From Carcharhinus amblyrhynchos (Eukaryota): a DNA stretch of 64,000 bases. A program made the translations under genes and the position numbers. This document shows, one piece after another, positions 54,801-63,800 of this stretch; the first letter of the stretch is position 1; every line of letters starts with the position of its first letter. The stretch lies in the NCBI GenBank assembly GCA_965287045.1, contig OZ336888.1:15934001-15998000 (forward strand). Reading direction: 5' to 3'. The notes beneath the pieces were generated by a model. The model saw only the letters and a list, made by a program, of their open reading frames with translations. It did no database searches and was not told the origin of the DNA.

Positions 54801-57800
54801 GTACTCTTCAGAGGCTGGAGCGCCTGACTCAGGCTTTTATTCAGCAGGTCCCTAAAAGCAATGTTCTGGATTGGTAACCGCGGTGGTAAAAGAGGAAATG
54901 CTGATAGAATTGGGCGGGCGGTTCATTAATTCAATTTAAATGCATGCAAATGTGGAATGGATTCCTGCCATTCACAACTCTTGGTAAAGTGGCAATCTGC
55001 GTGGACTCGGATGCAGATCGCGATAAAGGCCTCACACCCGACTTTACCACAATTTAATGTCCGAAAACGGGCGCAAATAGTTGGTAAAATTGGGCCTGAA
55101 GAATTATAAGAACATAATAAGAAATAGGAGCAGGAGTAGGCCATCTAGCCCTTCGAGCCTGCCCCGCCATTCAATAAGATCATAGCTGATCTGTCGTGGC
55201 TCAGTTCCACATTCCCGCCCTCTCCCCATAACCCTTAATCCCCTCTCTTATCAAAAACCCATCAACCCGCGTCTTAAAAATATTTAGCGAGGTAGCCTCC
55301 ACCACTTCAACGGGCAGATGTATTTTCTTATTGTCACAATAATATTTCAGAGCCTTGAATAATCAGTTTTCACAAGCAAGGAAGATTTGAAACTTGTGAA
55401 ATTTCATGTTGTGTTTGCTGAGAACAGGTCAGTGATATTGTTATTCCTTCAGGCAATATGGCTGAGGAACTGTTCTGAAGGGAAACCTCAGAATTTGAGT
55501 GAGGGAATTATTGTTGATCTGTGAAATAGTTTATGGGTCATGTTTGATCCTTGCTGAGGTGCAAGCAATTCCTGGTTAAGAATTTGGTTAGGATAATGAT
55601 GCTTATAACTAAACATTTCCTTGGAAATGAATTGCAGTAGTAGTGAATAAATATTCTGTCCAAATGTCTGTGCTGTTTAGGGCCAACAAGAGCTGCAGGA
55701 ACTGGAGGACCAACCACTTCAGAGACCACCATCAGTGGTGAGTTTTGGTGCAATTGTACCAGCCTCATTAAATTAATTTGTGTGCTTCGTGGACTAATGT
55801 TGTTTCAACTTATCTCTGCTTCCTAGCACCAATAGCAATGACTGTGACAGGTACGCTTCCTGTTTCTGAGAGCAGAATTACTGGTGAGCAGAGCTTCTTC
55901 GTGCTACAAACTGCTATTAGTGTTGTGCTATTTGTGACTTTTAACTCTTCCATGTGTCTGCTGTTAAACCAGATCCACACCAGATAGCAGGACAGTCACT
56001 TCGTTTCTGAAACTGTGATGAACAACGATTGAATGTATTCTCAGTGTCATATGAAGTTTGTGCTGCCAAGGTGTCCCAGGCAAGGGATGCATCATTGCAG
56101 TTCACTGTTGCAGTTACTGATGCATCATTGCAGTTCACTGTATTTTCAGTCCATTCAGATGGAAGGGTTTGAATGTGTATCACTTGAGTTGTTCCCTATT
56201 GCCTTTGGTCAGCATCTTCTTGTTTGAACGTGCTTGTTTTTGCTTTGTGCTGAATGTAAAATGTTCAACAGATAGGAATTAGTGATTGGTTTATTTCAAT
56301 TTTTGTACACATTTGCTTCTCAGTGCAGAAACTGTAAACACATACGTGTTGGTGTTTCACTTGCCTGCTAATTGATGCATATTCATGTTGACACTGAAGG
56401 AGCTTTTCAGTGAATGGAAATTGGAATAATAAAAGCTACCTGATAGAGTACATAAGAACATAAGAAATAGGAGCAGGAGTAGGCCATCCAGCCCTTCGAG
56501 CCTGCCCCGCCATTCAATAAGATCATGGCTGATCTGTCATGTCTCAGTTCCACATTCCCGCCCTCTCCCCATAACCCTTAATCCCCTCGCTTACCAAAAA
56601 CCCATCAACCCGCGTCTTAAAAATATTTAGCGAGGCAGCCTCCACCACCTCAACGGGCAGAGAATTCCAGAGATTCACCACCCTTTGAGTGAAGAAGTTC
56701 CTCCTCAACTCCGTTCTAAACCGCCCCCCCTTTATCTTGAGGCTGTGCCCCCTAGCCCTACTGTCCTTTCTGAGCGGGAAGAGCCTCTCCACCTCTATCC
56801 TATCCATCCCATTCATTATCTTGTACGTCTCAATGAGATCTCCCCTCATTCTTCTAAACTCCAACGAGTACAAGCCTAGTTTATTCAGCCTCTCCTCATA
56901 GCTCATCATAGCTCAACACCCTCAACTCCGGTATCAGCCTAGTAAACCTCCTCTGCACTCCCTCCAAGGCCAAAATATCCTTGCGTAAGTACGGCGACCA
57001 AAACTGCACACAGTACTCCAGCTGCGGCCTCACCAATGCCCTATACAGCCGCAGCAAGACCTCCCTACTTTTATATTCAATCCCCCTTGCTATGAAGGCC
57101 AGCATCCCATTAGCCTTCCTGACCACCTGCTGCACCTGCAGGCTGGGTTTTTGCGACTCATGCACAAGGACCCCGAGGTCCCTCTGCACCGTCGCCTGCT
57201 GCAGTTTTTTGCCCCGTAAGTAATAGTCCTTCCTACCATTATTCCTACCAAAGTGGACCACCTCGCACTTGCCAACATTACATTCCATTTGCCATTTCCT
57301 GGCCCATTCTCCCAGCATATCTAGATCCTCCTGCAGACTCTCCACACCCTCCGCGCAATTTGCCGTTCCACCAATCTTGGTGTCATCAGCAAATTTCGAC
57401 ACCATACACCATACACTACATAGAGTAGATGTCGTGCATTATCAATTATAATGCTTGAAAGTGGGCAGTGTTATTGAATATGATTATTGATTATAATGTA
57501 GGTTGTGTCCGTGATATCCATGAATGGCAGCATTTATGAATTTAAAAAGATAGTAAGGCAGACTGTCCAAACTTTAATGAGCACTGGAAGATCCTGGTTT
57601 TGACATTCTGCATTGCTATTTTGGAAGCTTGTATTGAAATTTAATATTTAACACATTTTCATTTCCATTTTGAAGAGCCAGGATTTTGGTGCCATTGATT
57701 TTAGATCGCTAAATGCATTTATTTCTATGAACGATGATTGGTAAGGTATCCGGAGATTTGAGATGCACAATAATGCGTGGCTTGTCTGTGACCGAAAAGC

Positions 57801-60800
57801 CTACTGGAAAGCTCCTCATTTGTAGCTTTGCAGAATGACTGAACCTTTTATTTTGATTCGGCAGTATGATAGACCTTGCTGGTGAAATTTATGTGCAGAT
57901 GGACAGGCATAATTATTCCTTCCGACAGAATAAATTCAAAGCAGTAAATTTCAATATTGTAATGAATTCCTGATAGGAAATGTCATTTGTTCAGTGGGAT
58001 TTTTGAAAGACAAACTTTATTCTTTGGAAAACAAGTGATTTAGTCAGCTTTAAGATTTCACTTCTACTGGCAAATAACATACAGATCATTTTGGGAAATT
58101 TAATGCTCCATTTGCTGACTCCATGTTGAATTATTTTGTAATTGCCTGAAAAGTAGCTGGTTTTTGAAGGCAACTTGGTCGAGGAACTGTTCTGAATGGT
58201 AGGTGCTGCATTTGTGGAAGGGAATGATTGATTTTCTAGCTTGCTTATGGATATTTTCCTTTTTCCTTTGCAATGTGGAACCATTTGTCCCTCAAGGCTT
58301 TGACTGACATAATGATGTTAAGATGAGCAAAAAATCTTGGGAAATTGTGAGGGAATTATTGCTGATCTGTGAGATAGTTTATAGATCATGTTTGATCCTT
58401 ACTGAAGTGCAAGCAATTCCTGGTTAAGATTTTGACTAAGATAGCAATGTTTATAATTAAACATGTCCTTGGAAGTGAATTGCAGTAGCAGTGAATAAAT
58501 GCTGTGTCCAAATGTCTGTGCTGTTTAGGGCCAACAAGAACTGCAGGAACTGGAGGACCAACCACTTCAGAGACCACCATCAGTGGTGAGTTTCAGTTTA
58601 TCGTACTCACCACATAAAATTAATTTGTCTGCTTCATGGACTCACCTTGTTTCCAATTATCTCTGCTCCCTAGGCCCGATGGGAATGACTGTGACAGGTA
58701 CACTTCCTGTTTCTGAGAGCAGAATTACTGGTGAGCACAGCTTCTTTCATGTTAAAAGCTGCTGTTAGTTTTGTGCTATTTGTGTTTTTTAACTCTACCA
58801 TAGGCCTATAGTTATGTTGGACCTGCACCAGGTAACAGGGCAGTCACTCAGATAGTTTCTGAAACTGTGATTAACAATGATTGAACGTACTCTCAGTGCC
58901 ATACAACGTTTGCAATCCCAGAGTGTCCCAGGCATGGGACATGTTGTTGGTGTGTCATTACAGTTCACTGTATTTTCAGTCCATTCAGATGGAAAGTTTT
59001 GAATGTGTACCTGTTGAGTTGTTCCATATTGCTTTTGGTGAGCATCTTCTTGTTTGAACGCGCTTGTTTTTGCTTTGTGCTGAATGTAAAATGTTCAACA
59101 GATAGGAATTAGTGATGGCTTTATTTCAGTATTTGTATACATTTGCTTCTCAGTGCAGAAACTGTAAACACGTGCATGTTGGCTTTTCATTTACCTGCTA
59201 ATTGATGCATATTCATGTTGACACTGAAGGAGCTTTTCAGTGAATGGAAATTGGAATAATAAATGCTACCTGATAGAGTAGATGACTTGCATTATCAATT
59301 ATAATGTTTGAAAGAGGGCAGTGTATTTGAATTTGATTATTGATTATACTGTAGGTTGTGTCCGTAAAGTCCGCTTGAGACCGTGAATGGCAGCATTTAT
59401 GAATTTAAAAAGATAGTAAGGAATAAGGCAGACTGTCCAAACTTTAATGAGCAGTGGAAGATCATGGTTTTGACCTTATGCATTGCTGTTTTGGAAGCAT
59501 ATATTGAAATATGAAATTTAACATATTTTCATTTCCATTTTGAAGAGCTCGGAGTTTGGTGCTATTGATTTTAGATCACTAAATGCATTTATTCACATGA
59601 ATGATCATTGGTAAGGCATCTGGAGATTTGAGATGTACAATAATGCATGGTTTATCAGTGACCAAAAAACCTACTGGAAAGCCCTTATTTGTAGCCTTGC
59701 AGAATGACAAATCTTTTATTAAATTTGGCAGTATGACAGACCTTGCTGGTGAAATTTATATGCAGATGGACAGACACAATTATTCCTTCCAGCAGAATAA
59801 ATTCAAAGCAGTAAATTTCAATATCATAATGAATTCCTGATCAGAAATGCCACTTGTTCAGTGGGATTTTTGAAAGACACACTTTATTCTTTGGAAAACA
59901 AATGATTTAGTCAGCTTTGAAATTTCACTTTTACTGGCAAATAACATCCAAATCATTTTGAGAAAATTTAATGCTATATTTGCTGACTTCATGTTGAATT
60001 TCTTGTGATTTCCTGAAAAGTAGCTGGTTTTTGAAGGCAACTTGGTCAAGGAACTGTTCTGAATGGTAAGCGCCGCATTTGTGGAAGGGAATGATTAACT
60101 TTGTAGTTAGTGAATGGATATTTTCCTTTTTCCTTCCCAATGTGGAGCCATTTGCCACTTGAAGCTTTGAATGACATAATGATGCTCAGATGAATAAAAA
60201 ATCTTGGGAAACAATTGCAGCCGTAATGAATAAATATTCTGTACAAATTCTGCTTCTCTTTAGGGCCGACACCATTCAGAGGAACAGGAAGACCTACAAC
60301 TTCAGAGACTACCGTCAGTGGTGTGTATTGTTTTCGGCATCCTCGTCACCAGAAATTAATTTATTTGATGGGTACATTAATATTGCTTCAAATTTGCTCC
60401 ACTCCTTAGGGTCAACAGCCATGATTTCGTCAGGTCTACCAATTGTTCCTGAGACAGCAGTTACTGGTGAGTAGATCTTCTTACATGTTAGAACTTCATA
60501 TTAATTTCAAGCTATTTGTAACTTAATGCTCTGCAGCATTTTTCTCTTAAGTTGGACCAGCATCAACTAGAATGATAGTAAATCCTGTTGTTTCTGAAAT
60601 GAAGAGTAATGATGTATGTATTCATTTACATTGTCACAGTAATATTTAAAAACCTTGAATAATTAGCTTTCACAAGCAAACAATATTTGAAACTTGTGAA
60701 ATTTAACATTGTGTTGCTGAGAGCAGGTCAATTATATTGTTATTCCTTCAGGTAACATGCCTGAGGAATTGTTCTGAAGGGAAACCTCAGAATTTGAGTG

Positions 60801-63800
60801 AGAGAATTATTGCTGAACTGCACGATAGTTTCTGGGTCATGTTTGATCCGTACTGAGGCGCAAGCAATACCTGGTTAAGAATTTGACTAAGATAATAATG
60901 CTTATAATTAAACATTTCCTTGGAAATGAGTTGCAGTAGTAGTGAATAAATACTCTGTCCAAATGTCTGTGCTGTTTAGGGCCAACAAGAGCTGCAGGAA
61001 CTGGAAGACCAACCACTTCAGAGACCACCATCAGTGGTGAGTTTCGGTTTTATCGTACATGCCACATTAAATCAATTTTTGTGCTTCATGAACTAATGTT
61101 GTTTCATATTATCTCTGCTCTCTAGGGCCAATGGCAATGACTGTAACAGGTACACTTCCCATTTCTGAGAGCAGAATTACTGGTGAGCAGAGCTTCTTTC
61201 AAATTGTAAGCTGCTGTTAGTTTTGTGCTATTTGTGATTTTTAATGCTTCTGTGGGTCTATAGTTACGTTGGACCTGCACTAGGCAGCAGGGCAGTCACT
61301 CAGATAGTTTCTGAAAATGTAACTAACAATGATTGAATGTATTCTCAGTGCCATACAATGTTTGCAATGCCAAGGTGTCCAAGGCAAGGGACATGTTGTT
61401 GGTGCGTCATTGCAGTTCGCTGTATTTTCTGTCCATTCAGATGGAAGGGTTTGAATGTGCACCAGTTTGGTTGTCCTATATTGCTTTCAGTAAGCATCTT
61501 TTTGTTTGATTGTGCTTGTTTTTGCTTTGTCCTGATGGTAAAATGGTTAACAGATAGGAATTAGTGATTTCTGTACTTCACATTTGCTTGTCAATGCAGA
61601 AGCTGTAAAGACATGCATTTTGGTGGTTCACATTCCGCATTTCTAAATGATGTATGTTCATGTTGAGACGAAAGAGGTTTTCACTGAATGGAAATTGGAA
61701 TAGTAAATGCTACGTGACACAGTAGATGTGTTGCATTATCAATTATAACATTCAGAAGAGGACGTTGTTATTGAATATGCTTATTAATGATAATGTTTTG
61801 CGGCATGCCCTTGAAGTCAACTTGAGACCGTGAGTTGCAGCATTTGTGAATTTGAAAAGATAGTACTAAGGAAGACTTTCTAAACATTAATGAGCGCTGG
61901 TAGATTCTGGTTTTGACATTCTGCATTGCTGTTTTAGAAGCTTATATTGAAATTTAATATCTGATGTATTTATAGTTGCATTTTGAAGAGCACCAACTCG
62001 GATGATTGTAACTCGCATTGTTTCTGAAACAAAGATGGTGCACTTTCTCATTGTCACAATAATATTTCAGAGCCTGTAATAATTAGCTTTCACAAGGAAA
62101 CAACATTAGATACTTGTGAAACTTAATGTTGTGTTGTTGACAGCGGGTCGCTGATATTGTTGCCTAGCTGAGGAACTGTTCTGAAGGGAAACCTCAGAAT
62201 TGGGCTGAGGGAATTATCGCTGATATGCGAGATAATTTATGGATCATGTTTGAGTCTTACTGAGGTGCCAGCAATTCCTGGTTAAGAATTTGACTAAGAT
62301 ATTGGTGCTATTAACTTTAGGTCACTAAATTCATTTATTCACATGAATGATGATTGGTAAGGGATCAAGAGATTTGAAATGTAGAATAATGCATGGTTTG
62401 TTTGTGACCGAAAGGCCGAATGGAAAACACCTCATTTGTCGATTTGCACAATGACAGAGTCTTTTATTTTGGTTTGGCAGTGTGATAGATCTTGCTGGTG
62501 AAATTTATATGCAGGCATACAGACATAATTTTTCCTTCCAACAAAATAAATTCAAAGCTGTAAATTTCAATATCATAATGAATTCCTGATCAGGAATGTC
62601 ACCTGTGAGATTTTTGAAAGACATACATTATTCTCTGGAAAATAAATGATTTAGTCCATGTTAAAATTTCACTTTCAGTGGCAAATAATATCCAAATAAT
62701 TTTGAGAAAATTTAATGCCACATTTGCTGACCCCATGTTGAATTTTTTGTAATTATCTGAAAAGTAGCTGGTTTTTCAAAGCAACTTGGTCAAGGACCTG
62801 TTCTGAATGGTGAGCGCTGCATTTGTGGAAGGGAATGATTAATTTTGTAGTTTGCAAACCAATACTTTCCTTTTTCCTTTGCAATGTGGAACCATTTGCC
62901 ACTTGAGGCTTTGACTGACATAATGATGCTAAGATGAATGAAATATCTTGGGAAACAATTTCAATGGTAGTGAATAAACATTCTGTACAAATTCTGCTTT
63001 TCTTTAGGGCCGACACCATTCACAGGAACTGGAAGACCTACAACTTCAGCGACTACAGTCAGTGGTGAGTATTGTTTTTGGCATCCTTGTCATCTGAAAT
63101 TAATTTATTTGATGGGTAGATTAATATTGTTTCAAATTTGCTCGCTTACATCGGGCCAATAGCAATGACTCCATCAGGTGTACCAACTGTTTCCAAGACA
63201 GCAGTTGCTGGTGAGTAGATCTCCTTACACATTATAACCTGATATTCATGTTGGGGAATTTGTGATTTAATACTCTGCAGCATTTTTTCTGATACCTTGG
63301 ACCAGCACCAACTCGATGATAGTAACTCCCATTGTTTCTGAAACGAAGATGGGTGTAATTTCTTGTTGTCACAATAATATTTCAGAGCCTGAAAGAATTA
63401 GCTTTCACAAGGAAACAACATTAGAAACTTGTGAAATTTAATGTTGTGTTGCTGACAGCGGGTCAATTACATTGTTGCCTGGCTGAGGAACAGTTCTGAA
63501 GGGAAACCTCAGAATTGGAGTGAGGGAATTATTGCTGATCTGCAAGATCGTTTATGGATCATATTTGAGTCTTACTGAGGTGCAAGCAATGCCTGGTTAA
63601 GAATTTGACTAAGATATTGATGCTTATAATTAAACATTTCCTTGGAAATAAATCGCAGCATAATACATAAATAATCCGTATCAATTGTCATGCTGTTTTG
63701 GGCTAACAATAACTGCAGGAACTGGAGGACCAACAACTTCAGAGACCACCATCAGTGGTGAGTTTTGGTTTATTGCACTCACCACATGAAATCAATTTGT

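Noticed and set aside
56086-56140. Local 22-bp duplication gatgcatcattgcagttcactg
   Set aside because: Ordinary intronic slippage or repair scar with no evident function.
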